Shown: positions 36,619 through 48,145 of the stretch, piece after piece
How positions within the stretch are numbered: the first letter of the stretch is position 1
Layout of the letters: each line of letters starts with the position of its first letter
NCBI GenBank assembly: GCA_963823665.1
Contig: CAWGMQ010000006.1
Span: forward strand, 704,001-768,000
Source of the DNA: an uncultured Planctomycetota bacterium
GTDB taxonomy: Bacteria > Planctomycetota > Planctomycetia > Isosphaerales > Isosphaeraceae
Reading direction: 5' to 3'
Length of the DNA stretch: 64,000 nt
Notes under the pieces: model-generated
The model's input: the letters and a program-made list of their open reading frames with translations, nothing else
Database searches by the model: none
What the model was told of the DNA's origin: nothing
Made by a program: the position numbers and the translations under genes

Positions 36619-37530
36619 TCAGCGGACGATCGTCAGGCTTGGGATAGCCCGCTCGAGCTCTTCCATCCCAGCATCCGTGACCTTCGTGTAGCTGAGGTCG
36701 AGCCTGGCGAGCTTCGTCAGCCCCCTGAGATGCACCAGCCCGGCATCAGTAACCTTCGTGGCGCTGAGCTTCAGCACATTCAGGCCAATCAATCCCTCGA
36801 GGTGCACGAGCCCGGGGTCGGAAATCTCGGTGCCGCTGAGATCGAGTTCGGAGAGGTTCTTCAATCCCTCGAGCCTTGCGAGCCCAGCATCGGTTATCCG
36901 TGTATAGCCGACATGGAGTCTAGTGACGTTGGGTAGCTTTTCCAGATGCGCCAGCCCCGCGTCGGTGATCAGAGTACGGTGGAGCAAGAGTCCCCTGAGA
37001 TTGGTCAGGCCGTTCAGTTGTGCCAGCCCCGCGTCGCTCACTTCCGTCCAGTTGAGATCGAGGTGGGTGAGGTTTGTTAGCCCATTCAGATCCGCAAGGT
37101 TGGCGTCCCTGACGGTGGAAGCCACGAGCTCCAGTTTCTGCATTCGTGGGAGGCGCCTGACTGACTTGAGCGCCGCACCGAAAACCTCCCGGTCCTCGTC
37201 GGTGGTGTCCCGGCGATAGCGACTGCGCGGGAACAACTCGACAACCGTGACCCCACCGAAGTAGTCGACTCCGATGAAATCCACGATCTGCCGAGGCGCG
37301 CGAGGTTGCCCACCCGGAATCGTCTCGCCGTCGCACCACTCCCAGTCATACCTCACCGAGCCGTCGGCTCTCCGGATGGTGTGGACGATATCGCGCTGAA
37401 TGTTCGCGGTGCGCACCGGCCAGTAAAGGCTGCCACCGACCACAAGGACGAGAACGATCAGCCCGCGCACGCGGAACCGCAGCCATCGTCGCCAGCGAAG
37501 GAAGAGAGTTCGCGCTCGCACGGCGGTCAT
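36619..37530 (-). CDS. membrane-anchored leucine-rich repeat protein
   Basis: RRWLRFRVRGLIVLVLVV leader; about seven 24-aa LxxLxLxxTxITDAGLxxL repeats. Confidence 0.9.
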   Translation of the reverse strand: MTAVRARTLFLRWRRWLRFRVRGLIVLVLVVGGSLYWPVRTANIQRDIVHTIRRADGSVRYDWEWCDGETIPGGQPRAPRQIVDFIGVDYFGGVTVVELFPRSRYRRDTTDEDREVFGAALKSVRRLPRMQKLELVASTVRDANLADLNGLTNLTHLDLNWTEVSDAGLAQLNGLTNLRGLLLHRTLITDAGLAHLEKLPNVTRLHVGYTRITDAGLARLEGLKNLSELDLSGTEISDPGLVHLEGLIGLNVLKLSATKVTDAGLVHLRGLTKLARLDLSYTKVTDAGMEELERAIPSLTIVR

Positions 37531-37908
37531 TCCACGGCAGACCCCCCCGAGTCTTGCCTCTCTCGCTCGTCCCTATCGCCTCCGTCAGTCCATGCTCCAC
37601 CATATACGGCGCGCCACGAAACCTCCAGCGAATCGAGTACGCCAGAATCGTGCGGACTCGACGGACACCCTAGTCAACCCCGAAGCGTTCCCTTCAGTCT
37701 GGGTTCCCACTCAACCCCGGCCTCGTGCCACGCGAACACACGCTGTGGATCGACGAACTCGCCGTGTCAACCAAGCGATCGGGCCCGGTTCGGTTCGCTC
37801 CGCTCTCCCACGCAAGCGATTTCGAACGAGACCCCGCGCCGAGCGTTGGCTCGATGCACGGCCCCCCACAGCGGACCGCGCAGGTTCTCGTCGAGCAGAT
37901 TGCAGCAA

Positions 37909-38823
37909 TCAGCACTTCAAGGTCTTCAAGTACGCGACGCTTTCCTTTGTGAGCTGCCAGGTTTGCTCGACGAAGTAATTCTTGACGCCGGCTGCCTTGG
38001 CCGCCGTGAAAGTCTTCACCCAATCGATACTGCCTTTACCCAGGGCGACCTGGGGACGCCGCGCGCCGCGTCGACCCTGCGCGTTCTCTTTCCGCGCGGG
38101 AGCGGGAAGCGGGGCGTTCATGTCGACGTCTTGTAGATGCATCGAGATGAAGCGGCCGGGGTATTTCGTGAAGTATTCGGCGGCGACCAGGCCGGCCGTG
38201 ATCGTCGACATTTGAAACTGGAATTTGACGAGCTTGGGATCGAGTAAATCGAAGAGCCGGTCATACGTTCGTTTGCCATCGACAATCGAGAGCTCGAAGC
38301 CCTCGTTGTGCAAGCCCTGCTGGATGCCGGCCGGGGCCGCCACATCGGCGATCTTGTTGTACTCTTCCGCAGCTCGCTTTATCTGGTCGAGCGTGGGGTT
38401 ATTGCCGCCGTTACCGTCACCCAGAGTCGCGGTGATCATCTGCGTGATGCCGACTTCCTTCGCCCATTCGATGCTCTTTGATTGGCTCTTTCGTAGCTCG
38501 GGCATGCTGAAGTGAGAGCTCTCGGCGCGTATGCCATGATCGGCCAGGATCTTCTTGACTTCGCTGCCGCTCGCGAGCGACGCGAAGTCGGAGCCGTAAC
38601 CGATCGGCGAGCACAGCTCCAGGCGCGTCACGCCGATCTCGGCCATTTGCCGGGCGAATTCAGGCAAATCCTTGAGCATCGAGCGCAGGGGATAGACCTG
38701 GCTTCCGATCGGTAGATCGAGCGGATTTGCCCGGACGTAGGCCGCATGAGCGCTCAGGAGCGAGGCCGCGCCGGAACAGGCCGCTGCCCTGACCATGAGC
38801 TCTCGCCTGGTGATCGCAGTCAT
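37909..38823 (-). CDS. Tat-exported sugar phosphate isomerase/epimerase (xylose-isomerase-like TIM barrel)
   Basis: TRRELM leader, GLHNE, SMHLQD, LGKGSIDW, YFVEQ. Confidence 0.85.
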   Translation of the reverse strand: MTAITRRELMVRAAACSGAASLLSAHAAYVRANPLDLPIGSQVYPLRSMLKDLPEFARQMAEIGVTRLELCSPIGYGSDFASLASGSEVKKILADHGIRAESSHFSMPELRKSQSKSIEWAKEVGITQMITATLGDGNGGNNPTLDQIKRAAEEYNKIADVAAPAGIQQGLHNEGFELSIVDGKRTYDRLFDLLDPKLVKFQFQMSTITAGLVAAEYFTKYPGRFISMHLQDVDMNAPLPAPARKENAQGRRGARRPQVALGKGSIDWVKTFTAAKAAGVKNYFVEQTWQLTKESVAYLKTLKC

Positions 38824-39400
38824 GCGTATCGCTCCTCTTGATACCCGGTTGCAGGATTCGGCGACCGTGCGCCTGGCAAATAGGCCAACGCTCCGAGCCG
38901 ATCAGAGCTTCGGCGCTCGTTGGTTTTCATGGGAGAAACCTCGGACTTTCCCCGGGGAAGTGCGGTGGGAACAGTTTGGCCGGACGCTCTACGGCATTTT
39001 CAGGGGCGGGTTGTGATGAGTCAACATGGGAGTGGGTGATGGTTGAGTGGCGGGCACCCCACGCGGCGGGCTCGGTTCGCTGCGCCGTGAGGTTACGGGA
39101 TGTGAGGTATTGCCCCGCTGATTACTAACCAGAGCAGAATAAGCGCAACGTCCACGACAGCCAGAGCGAAGGCACCCCGGGCCAGAGCACAACAATCGAG
39201 GCGGTCACGTGAAACACCAAGTCCTGCCTTCTCTCTGGTGGCAAATCCGGCGAGGCAACGTGGCGGGTGACCGCGGAGGTAACCGGCTTGATCCATATAT
39301 CCGCAGCCCCCGTCTAACAACCCATCCAGGCGGACCGGCCTGCAAGATCTCGATTCTGGAACACCCAAGAAAAGGGCTTCAGACCTTGTTGGATGGTTAA

Positions 39401-40428
<1,028 letters not shown>

Positions 40429-40689
40429 GTGCTTCGTCCTCTCGAACGAGTGGCATGATCTCATCCCCTCTCGGACGCGCGGATCAGAGAATGCCGAGCG
40501 AAATTGCCCGCATACGCTTGCGATTCGAAATAATAGCAGCGTATGCTGATTAATCAAGACGCGCCAAGATGGAGACCTTCAGATGGCGGAGAAAATCCAG
40601 CCCGGTCGATCGGCGTGACGTCGACCCTCACCAGCAGACCGCGCGGCCTCGACAGAACACAGGCCAGTCCCAAGAGGAGGTAAGGACCA

Positions 40690-41433
40690 ATGGTACGAGT
40701 CGCCCTGATCACGGGAGCCAGCCGGGGAATCGGTGCGGCAACCGCATTGGTACTGGCCGAACACGGGTACCGGGTGGTCGTGAACCACCGCGCCAGTGCA
40801 CCACAGGCCGAGGAGGTGGTGGCGACCATCGCCGCGGCCGGCGGCGAAGCCGTGGCGATCAAAGCCGACGTCACCGTGCCTGAGGACGTCACCGCCATGG
40901 TCAATGAAATCGATCAGCGGTGGGGTGGGACGGACGTGCTCGTGCACAATGCGATGACGCCGTTTGCCATCACCTCGTTCGCCGAGCTGACCTGGGAGCA
41001 GCTCGGCGGCAAGCTGGACAGCGAGCTGCGTGCCGCGTTCCTTGTAACGAAGGCCGTGGTGCCGGGAATGGTTTCGCGCCGATACGGCCGGCTGATCTAT
41101 CTGAGTACCGGGCTGTCGCGTCGTGCGCGTGAAGGGATGATCACGCTGGGCACCGCCAAGGCGGCCCTGGACCAGTTTGTGCGGTACATCGCTTTGGAGC
41201 TGGCAGCGCACGGGATCACCGCCAACCTCATCGCACCGGCCACGGTGGAGGGAACCAGGGTAACCGAGCAACTTACAGCCGAGCGGATGCACGAGCTCGC
41301 GGCGGCCACGCCGATGGGACGCCTGGTCCGTCCCGAGGATATCGCCAAGACGGTGGCGTTCCTGGCTAGTGAGGATTCCGGTTTCACCACCGGCCACTAC
41401 CTTCCGGTCAACGGCGGCCTTGCAATGGACTGA
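40690..41433 (+). CDS. SDR family oxidoreductase
   Basis: TGASRGIG, HNA, AKAAL (catalytic YxxxK Tyr replaced: LGTAK), PMGRL, VNGG. Confidence 0.9.
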   Translation: MVRVALITGASRGIGAATALVLAEHGYRVVVNHRASAPQAEEVVATIAAAGGEAVAIKADVTVPEDVTAMVNEIDQRWGGTDVLVHNAMTPFAITSFAELTWEQLGGKLDSELRAAFLVTKAVVPGMVSRRYGRLIYLSTGLSRRAREGMITLGTAKAALDQFVRYIALELAAHGITANLIAPATVEGTRVTEQLTAERMHELAAATPMGRLVRPEDIAKTVAFLASEDSGFTTGHYLPVNGGLAMD

Positions 41434-41486
41434 ACGCAGCGAGCGCGAGCGCACTGTCCGGGATTCGGAGAAAGGCTATTCCGCCG

Positions 41487-42353
41487 ATGCACACGATCGA
41501 CCTGGCCTACGTAGGGCGTGGTATCCACGAAGAACTGGTCGCGTATGTGGCCGATCAGGAGGGATATTTCGAGGATGAAGGTGTGCACGTCGCCGTCCGC
41601 GACGGAATCAGGTGGAAGACCGAGCGCCTGCGCGGTGGCGCCACCATCGGTTTGGGCCGGGCCTTGTTGTCGCGGCTGACCGATGGCATCCCATGGAATG
41701 TGCTGGCGGTCAACACCCATCGTCCGCTGTTCTGGTTCCTCGGGCGTGGCGAGGTGAAATCCATGGATGATCTGCGCGGGCGCCGATTGGCGATCCACGC
41801 ACCCCGCACCGCACCCGGCTGTTTCGCGCGGATCGTGCTGCGCAAGCACGGTCTCGATCCCGATCGCGACGTGCAGTGCGTCGTACGAGCCCCGGGTGAC
41901 TACCAGATGGATCTGCGGGGCCTTCGCGACGGTTCGATCGATGCGGCCTACGTGGGCAGCACATTAGCGCCCGAACAGGTCGCCGGTGAGGAGGGCTTTT
42001 CGGTCCTGTCCTGGGTCGGCGACCACTTCCAGATCCCCACCGTGGGAATCGCCGTGGACCCCACTCGTATCCCGCTCGAGGACCCGGCGCTGCAGGCGCT
42101 GGTGCGGGCCAACCGGCGAGCCCTTCTCACGATCGCCGAACGACCCCAGTTGGCAATCGACTACATCGCGTCGTTCCTCGACCGGCTGACCCGCGATGAA
42201 GTAGAGCGATACTACGAGCGCTACATCGGCCCATACTTCACCTCCGACGGTCGGGTAGACCCGAGCGTCGCCCAGCAGGCCGTCGACGCGGTCGCGACCG
42301 AACTCGGCGTCGCCGCGGCATCCGTTGATCAGATCTACCAGCCCGCCCTGTGA
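41487..42353 (+). CDS. NMT1/THI5-like substrate-binding-fold protein without signal peptide
   Basis: QEGYFEDEGVHV, SMDDLRGRRLAI, HGLDPDRDV, GSIDAAY. Confidence 0.8.
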   Translation: MHTIDLAYVGRGIHEELVAYVADQEGYFEDEGVHVAVRDGIRWKTERLRGGATIGLGRALLSRLTDGIPWNVLAVNTHRPLFWFLGRGEVKSMDDLRGRRLAIHAPRTAPGCFARIVLRKHGLDPDRDVQCVVRAPGDYQMDLRGLRDGSIDAAYVGSTLAPEQVAGEEGFSVLSWVGDHFQIPTVGIAVDPTRIPLEDPALQALVRANRRALLTIAERPQLAIDYIASFLDRLTRDEVERYYERYIGPYFTSDGRVDPSVAQQAVDAVATELGVAAASVDQIYQPAL

Positions 42354-42384
42354 CCGCTGCCGCGACGACTCAGTGATTGCCGTC

Positions 42385-43332
42385 TCAACCTCCCTTTGCT
42401 CTCGGAATGAACCCGGGAACGCCGGTCTCGACAACGGCATTGAACCTGACCCGCGACGTGATTCCTTCGCTGATTTCCCGCATGGCGTCTTGAGGAAGGG
42501 TGGAGACGTCAAAGTTCTCCTTGATCCGGCTGGGGGTCTTCGAGGTGGTCAGGAGGGCCGTCCCGCGCTGGATGGCCCAGGCGAGCAAGACTTGCGCGGG
42601 GGTCTTGTTGACTCGCTTGGCGATCGCGGTAATGACAGGATCTTCCAGCAACTTGGGCTCGCTACTGTGCCCTAGCGCCGCGAACGCTTGCAACACGATG
42701 CCATTCTTTCTGCAATAGTCCAAAAGGTCCCATTGCGGGAGATACGGATGGGATTCGACGTGAACAACCGCAGGCTTGATCCTCGCGACTTCGAAGATTT
42801 CTCTAGTCTGTTCCAAGCTGACGTCGGATAATCCGATGGCCTTGCACTTGCCCTCGTCCACCAGGCCCTCAAGCGCCCTCCATGTATCCTGCAACGTCAC
42901 CCCTTTGTCATAAATCACATTGCCATTCGCATCCCTCGGGTCTTGCTCGTCTCCAGGTTGGAAGGCAAAGGGGGTGTGGATGAGATAGAGTTCGACGTAG
43001 TCGAGTTGGAGTTTCTTGAGACTGGCCTCGAAGGCGGGTTTGACGCGTTCAGGGCGATGATTGTTATTCCAGAGTTTCGTGGCGATAAACACTTCCTCCC
43101 GCTTGATCTTCCCCGCCTTGAACACCTCCTGCATCGCTTCGCCGACCTCTTTTTCATTTCGGTAGCGTTCCGCAGCGTCGAGCTGGCGAAATCCTGCCTC
43201 CAGCGCCGCCTTGGTCGCGGTTCTGGTTGCCACAGGGTCCGGAATCAATGTGCCAAAGCCGAGCGCGGGGATGGCGCCGGATCCGTTGTTGAGCGCTATC
43301 CTCGTATCGCGAAGGTTGTCGGGTCCTGCCAT
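42385..43332 (-). CDS. aldo/keto reductase (AKR1/5-like)
   Basis: IPALGFGT, D-Y-K-H tetrad (LDAAERY, ATKLW, LIHTP), ESHPY, RIKENF. Confidence 0.93.
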   Translation of the reverse strand: MAGPDNLRDTRIALNNGSGAIPALGFGTLIPDPVATRTATKAALEAGFRQLDAAERYRNEKEVGEAMQEVFKAGKIKREEVFIATKLWNNNHRPERVKPAFEASLKKLQLDYVELYLIHTPFAFQPGDEQDPRDANGNVIYDKGVTLQDTWRALEGLVDEGKCKAIGLSDVSLEQTREIFEVARIKPAVVHVESHPYLPQWDLLDYCRKNGIVLQAFAALGHSSEPKLLEDPVITAIAKRVNKTPAQVLLAWAIQRGTALLTTSKTPSRIKENFDVSTLPQDAMREISEGITSRVRFNAVVETGVPGFIPRAKGG

Positions 43333-43365
43333 TGTTTCACTCCTGCGATATTCCCCAGGTGGAGT

Positions 43366-43707
43366 TCAGCCCGCGACTGTCGCGGACCAGCACCAGATGT
43401 CGATTGCCAGATCTTCCCGCGGGCGCGAGCAACAAATCAATAGGTTCCCCGCCGCCGGAGGTTCGAGCGGCTCGGGATCATACGTCACCGACCCGGAAAT
43501 CAGCCCGCACTCGCAGGTATGGCAAACGCCAGTCCGGCAAGACCAGCGCACCGGAACGTCGCAGGCTTCCGCGAGCTCCAGCAGGCTCTGGAACTTGGGA
43601 TCCCAGCAGACGGTGAGGCCGGCGCGAGCAACGGTCGTGTATACAGTCTTGCCGCGCCACGTGATCTCGCGGGGAACACCCACGTTGACTGACAATAACC
43701 GTGCCAT
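43366..43707 (-). pseudogene. MOSC-FNR-2Fe2S oxidoreductase with in-frame internal deletion (MOSC N-terminus fused to ferredoxin)
   Basis: MARLLSVNVGVPREITWRGKTVYT (MOSC start) joined to LLELAEACDVPVRWSCRTGVCHTC..LICCSRP (2Fe-2S). Confidence 0.75.
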
Positions 43708-43722
43708 ATGGACCACTACCTC

Positions 43723-43870
43723 CTATTTCCTGTCTGGCTTTCTCTTGAACGCGCGACCGCAATTATCGACTTCGGCTCCCACAGCCGCCAGGCGTAACGC
43801 GTACCTGAACCCCACCTGGTTCCTGGTGAGTACAGGTCGGCCAAGCTCTTCCTCAAGGGTTGTAACCGTA
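43723..43870 (-). pseudogene. C-terminal fragment of maleate isomerase / Asp-Glu racemase family
   Basis: LEEELGRPVLTRNQVGFRYALRLA matches the LExxLGxPVxxxNQ motif. Confidence 0.6.
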
Positions 43871-43971
43871 GCGGTAAACCTTGCTGGCTCGCCGAGACCT
43901 GAAGTATCGCGGAGTAGCAATGGCGGAATCCATGCGATGGCGTCAGACTCCGTGCCGCCGCTAGACTGTCA

Positions 43972-44109
43972 CGGGCATGCTGAAGTGAGAGCGCTCAGCG
44001 CGTATGCCGTGATCGGCCAGGATCTTCTTCACTTCGTTTCCGCTCGCGAGCGACGCGAACTCGGCGCCGGAACCCATCGGCGAGCACAGCTCCAGGCGCG
44101 TCACGCCGA
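43972..44109 (-). pseudogene. 138-bp internal fragment homologous to the isomerase gene (38499-38636)
   Basis: Ungapped alignment with 10 mismatches in 138 bp. Confidence 0.9.
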
Positions 44110-44132
44110 GCACGATCATGCGCCTCAGGTGG

Positions 44133-44237
44133 GTGGCACTGGATCCGGTGGTGGTCCGGTGTAGCAGGCACACTCCGTGTGCCGTCCGCCGAAGTTGCCG
44201 GTGGTCGGCACGTGGCACTGGATCCGGTGGTGGTCCG
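44133..44237 (+). repeat. 26-bp direct repeat flanking a GTAG REP-like palindrome
   Basis: GTGGCACTGGATCCGGTGGTGGTCCG at 44133 and 44212; GTAG-CA-GGCACAC-TCC-GTGTGCC at 44161-44183. Confidence 0.8.
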
Positions 44238-45087
44238 TTCGCAAAGACTTCCGCAACTTCTTCCTCGCTCTCGCGCCCGGCCGTCTGAACAAGGACTGGC
44301 AGAACACAAAAGACCAGCTTGACGATCTACGGGCGCGGCTGGAGCGAGAAACCGATTATGTTGCCGAAGCCGCCGTCCAGGAGCAGGTACGATCCTTGTT
44401 CCGCGAAGACGACGGCATCGTTGTGCCGCGCGTCTATCCGGAGTACTCGACGGCGCGAATCTTGACGATGGACCGGCTCGACGGCGTTCACATCGACAAG
44501 TTCATCGCGCGCGATCCGTCGCAGGAGGAGCGCAACGAATTCGCCTGTAAGATGATTCGGACCTGGTCTCGCATGGTCTACGCGGGCCGGCTCTCCTACG
44601 CTGATTGGCATCCCGGCAATTTTCTGATCATGGACGACGGCCGCCTCGGCTTGATCGACTTCGGCTTCGTCGTCGCGCACGGGGATGAAGAGCGGAGATT
44701 GCTGCGTCTGATGGATCGTGGCAATACAACAGGGCGCCGCGAAGATCGCATTGCCGCCATGAAAGAATGGTCCTTGATCACGGACGATCCTGTCGATGCG
44801 GGTCGGCTGCGACTGGACGACGAATTCGCCGAATGGTGCTGGCTCGCGCACGACGGGGCGCGGCGTTCGATTTCGGTGACGAAGTCGACTTCCGCCGCGG
44901 TGTCGATCTGTTCATCGAGATGGTCCGCAAGCGCTATAACCGAGCCCGGCCATCGACGCCGGCGTTTGCCCGCATGAATTTCGGCGTGCGCTCGATGCTC
45001 TACCGGCTCAAGGCGAAGATCGACTCCCACATCATTGCTGAAGAGGAGGTCGAAGCGACCGGATGGGATCGCAGCGACTGTGCCTGA
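44238..45087 (+). pseudogene. ABC1/UbiB atypical kinase, 5'-truncated, frameshift near 44855
   Basis: ETDYVAEA, VVPRVY, ILTMDRLDG, YADWHPGNFL, IDFG; N-terminal part with VAVK absent. Confidence 0.75.
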
Positions 45088-45108
45088 GGGCCGCTGAGAT
45101 GGCCGGGA

Positions 45109-45891
45109 TCACGGCGAGCGATATTGCTGCCAGATCCGGTCCAGCGCCTCCGCGGCTCCGCCGACGATCTTGAGATCAACTCGGCGCGTCACCGCCGTTG
45201 GCTCCGGGTTGATCTCCACCGTCGGGATCCCCATCTCGCGCGCCCGCAGTACCGGCGCGGCGATGTAGGGGAACGAGCTGGTCGTGCCGATGCTGAAGAC
45301 CACGTCGAACCCGGCCTGGACCTCCGACCACAACCGGTCCATCTTCATCTCCGGCAACTCCTCGCCGAAAAGGACGACGCCAGGTCGGAGAATCCCCTGA
45401 CACTTCGGGCAGCGCGGCAGCAGGTCCAACCCGTCGTAGTCCGAGACGCTCTCGGCGTGTTCGCACTGGGTGCACGCCAGGTCGTGAAGGTCGCCATGCA
45501 CGTCCAGGACCTGCCGAGAGCCGGCGCGCCGGTGCAGGCCGTCGACGTTCTGGGTCAACGTCCAGATGGCATCGAAATGACTCTCCATCTCGGCGATGAC
45601 CTCGTGCCCCCGGTTGGGGACTGCCTGCCGCGTGGGACGCTCCAGTTCCCGGATGAACTGCCAGGTGATCTCGGGCCGGGTGGCCATCATGGCCCCGGAG
45701 AGCACCTCCTCCACGGGCAGGCCGTAGGAAGTCGTGCGCCCGGCAGCATAGAGCCCGCCGACACCGCGATAGGTCGGCAGCCCGGAATCGGCCGAGAGGC
45801 CGGCGCCGGTGATGAACAGCAGGCGGCGGGCGGGGCGCAACAGCTCGACGACGCGATCGATCACCCTGAGATCGGCCTGCGACAGTGGCAT
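45109..45891 (-). CDS. cobB: NAD-dependent protein deacylase (sirtuin, CobB-like)
   Basis: GAGLSADSGLPTYRG, TQNVDGLH, HG, CxxC..CxxC, RPGVVLFGE, EINP. Confidence 0.9.
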   Translation of the reverse strand: MPLSQADLRVIDRVVELLRPARRLLFITGAGLSADSGLPTYRGVGGLYAAGRTTSYGLPVEEVLSGAMMATRPEITWQFIRELERPTRQAVPNRGHEVIAEMESHFDAIWTLTQNVDGLHRRAGSRQVLDVHGDLHDLACTQCEHAESVSDYDGLDLLPRCPKCQGILRPGVVLFGEELPEMKMDRLWSEVQAGFDVVFSIGTTSSFPYIAAPVLRAREMGIPTVEINPEPTAVTRRVDLKIVGGAAEALDRIWQQYRSP

Positions 45892-45959
45892 GGTCAGTCC
45901 TCCGGCGTATCGCCATTTGATTAGAAAACCCAGGATGTCCACCGAAACGATCTTCGATC

Positions 45960-46153
45960 GTCATGGAGTCATCAGGTTCCGCAGGAACGCCGACTAGGTG
46001 GCGAGCTTCGACGCAAGCCCGGAGCATCAACCGCTCCCGCCCGCGGGTCCTGAGCATGTTGAGACTGAGACGCAGGTGCGTATTGAAGAAGAGCTCCCGG
46101 TAGAAAGATGATTTGCCCGCCCCTTGCACGCCCACGAAGATCACGGCTTCCAA
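45960..46153 (-). pseudogene. truncated AAA_33 / polynucleotide-kinase-like P-loop protein
   Basis: GGAGG RBS, MEAVIFVGVQGAGKSSFY..THLRLSLNMLRTR; similarity ends after about 50 aa. Confidence 0.65.
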
Positions 46154-46484
46154 GGCGTCACCTCCGGCCTACCTCGCCTCGTAGGGAGACGATATTTGTA
46201 TCCGTGCCCAGCCCACCTGATCACCGGTACCAACCGAGAGACCCCTCACGCCGTCCTCGTGTCTCTCGGCGACCCTCAGAGCGCACTCCCTCGATCCGGT
46301 TTAGACACCAGGACCCCCCTTGGGTTCGCAGCCGGGTTCTGCCACGTCGAGGTCCGGTGCGAAACCATAGTGGGCGGACCGTAGCCCGATTTCAGGCTTT
46401 GTGTTGAACCTTCAAAATCATCCAGACTGGATAAGTTCTGGGGGGACAAGCGTGATTTACGCCCGAGATTCCCTTTCCCGCGGA

Positions 46485-47867
46485 TCACAGTTTGATCGCC
46501 GTGCCGTCATTCCAATTGACCGTGACGCGCACAGCGCTTGCCCGTTCCGCGGGAATGGCAAGCCGGATCGTGGCCAGGATGCCATTGAAGGCTGCCCCCG
46601 CTGTGGCCCGGAGAACTCTGGGTGTCGTGGCGAAATAGGACGCCGGTGGACGCAGAGGCTTGCCGATCCGGGGCGCACGATAGACCCGGTCGTTGCTCGT
46701 CAGGCCGGCAACCACGCGGTTGACATACGGCGTGCCGAGACCGGTAACGAGGTTGTAGCCTCTTCGCGCGGGAAAGCCGTTATTTCCCACCGTGATCTCA
46801 TGAAAATCGCGGCGCGGGAGCCGGTAGAGAATGGGCAACGTCTGGGTCGGTCCGTCGAGCGAACCACGACTTCGCAGGCTGCGCCCTTGATCGGCAATGG
46901 CAATGATACCGGCCCAGAGTGGAGCGGCCAGGCTCGTGCCGCCCCCCACGTTCCAGCCTCCCTCGAGCGGGTTGTAGACGTCCACACCCGTCTGCTTGTT
47001 GCCGAGAATCGACACGTCCGGGACCGCCCTCCGAGTGACACCTCTTCCGACAACCAGGCGCTGATAGGCCGGCTGCCACTGGTACATGCTGAGGCCGCCT
47101 CCCGAGCCAGCCCAGGCTGTCTCTGAACCATAGTTTCCCGCCGCGTTCAGCGTGAGTGACGTACCGCCGACTGATAAAACGTTGGGCGAGAAATTGGGTG
47201 GATGCGAGGGGGCACCGGTGTCTCCTGAGGAATTCACGAACGTCACGCCTGGGTGGCCCTGTGGTGTTGTGAACGCATGATCATTTCTAACCTCTTCTGG
47301 TGACTCGAGATAGTTTAAGTCACTGTAGCTATTCGAGACGACAACCACGCCCGGCTGCTGCACCGCGAACGCATCGGCTTGAGGGATCATTGACGAATGC
47401 GGCGCCTCGACGATCAAGACGTTCGCAGCCGGGGCCACGGCATGCAGCCATTCGAGGTCCAGCATAGCCTCGCCCTGATCCGATGGAGTGGCCGTGATCT
47501 GGTTGCCTCCATCAAAGCCAAGCATTTGCAGAAACGGCGTAGTCGGCGGCACGCCGGCTCCCGACCACGGGGTCAAGTCGGGCAGGTTGAAGGCATGGTC
47601 AAAGACGGCAAGATCCTGCGCGAGCCCGGGCGTGCTTCCAACCTCGAAAAGCGCGACCGTCTGTGCGCGCCCGTCGCCAGGCACAGCGGTGCCCCCGTCG
47701 CTGAATACGACCTCATTGAACCCGTAGGCATTCGTGATCTGAGCCGGCGTGTAGCCGATCACCGCGGGCATGATTCGCGTTTCGAGGTTCGAGTTCCAGA
47801 CGCCGATTCGCGACGCTGCGCGACGCCGACGTCGCGCCGTGTGACGCGGGTTTGCGAATAGGAGCAT
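46485..47867 (-). CDS. S53 (sedolisin/kumamolisin-like) peptidase with planctomycete extracellular leader
   Basis: RRRRR..LETRIMP leader; EAMLD (E-x3-D), SSGDTG, RAVPDVS, GGTSLAAPLWAG, YNLVTGLGTP. Confidence 0.88.
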   Translation of the reverse strand: MLLFANPRHTARRRRRAASRIGVWNSNLETRIMPAVIGYTPAQITNAYGFNEVVFSDGGTAVPGDGRAQTVALFEVGSTPGLAQDLAVFDHAFNLPDLTPWSGAGVPPTTPFLQMLGFDGGNQITATPSDQGEAMLDLEWLHAVAPAANVLIVEAPHSSMIPQADAFAVQQPGVVVVSNSYSDLNYLESPEEVRNDHAFTTPQGHPGVTFVNSSGDTGAPSHPPNFSPNVLSVGGTSLTLNAAGNYGSETAWAGSGGGLSMYQWQPAYQRLVVGRGVTRRAVPDVSILGNKQTGVDVYNPLEGGWNVGGGTSLAAPLWAGIIAIADQGRSLRSRGSLDGPTQTLPILYRLPRRDFHEITVGNNGFPARRGYNLVTGLGTPYVNRVVAGLTSNDRVYRAPRIGKPLRPPASYFATTPRVLRATAGAAFNGILATIRLAIPAERASAVRVTVNWNDGTAIKL

Positions 47868-48145
47868 GCCGGTTTACACAAAAACTGAAGTGTTCTCGAA
47901 CAATACTCTGCTGCGTCACGCCGAGATGCCGGCAACTCATCCGCTCCATGTTACCACACGACTGGGCTGCTCAGTGATTCCGATTCCGCGCGCGCCCAGA
48001 GGCGCCTCCAGTTCGACGCGAGGCTCTCACCGAGCCCCACGGGAGCTCGCCTCGCCGCGCGGCACCCTGTCCCACAATCGCGAAAACCGATTTAGAATAC
48101 GGTATCTCGATGTCCGGTTCGCACTCCTCGCAGGTCGCTCCCGCC

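Noticed and set aside
44133..44237. 26-bp direct repeats as a mini CRISPR
   Set aside because: Only two copies, the 53-bp spacer is itself a REP-like palindrome, and there are no cas genes
45176..46153. 325-aa P-loop ORF as an intact kinase-sirtuin fusion
   Set aside because: After about 50 aa it runs out of frame over cobB as Arg/Pro/Gly-rich shadow sequence
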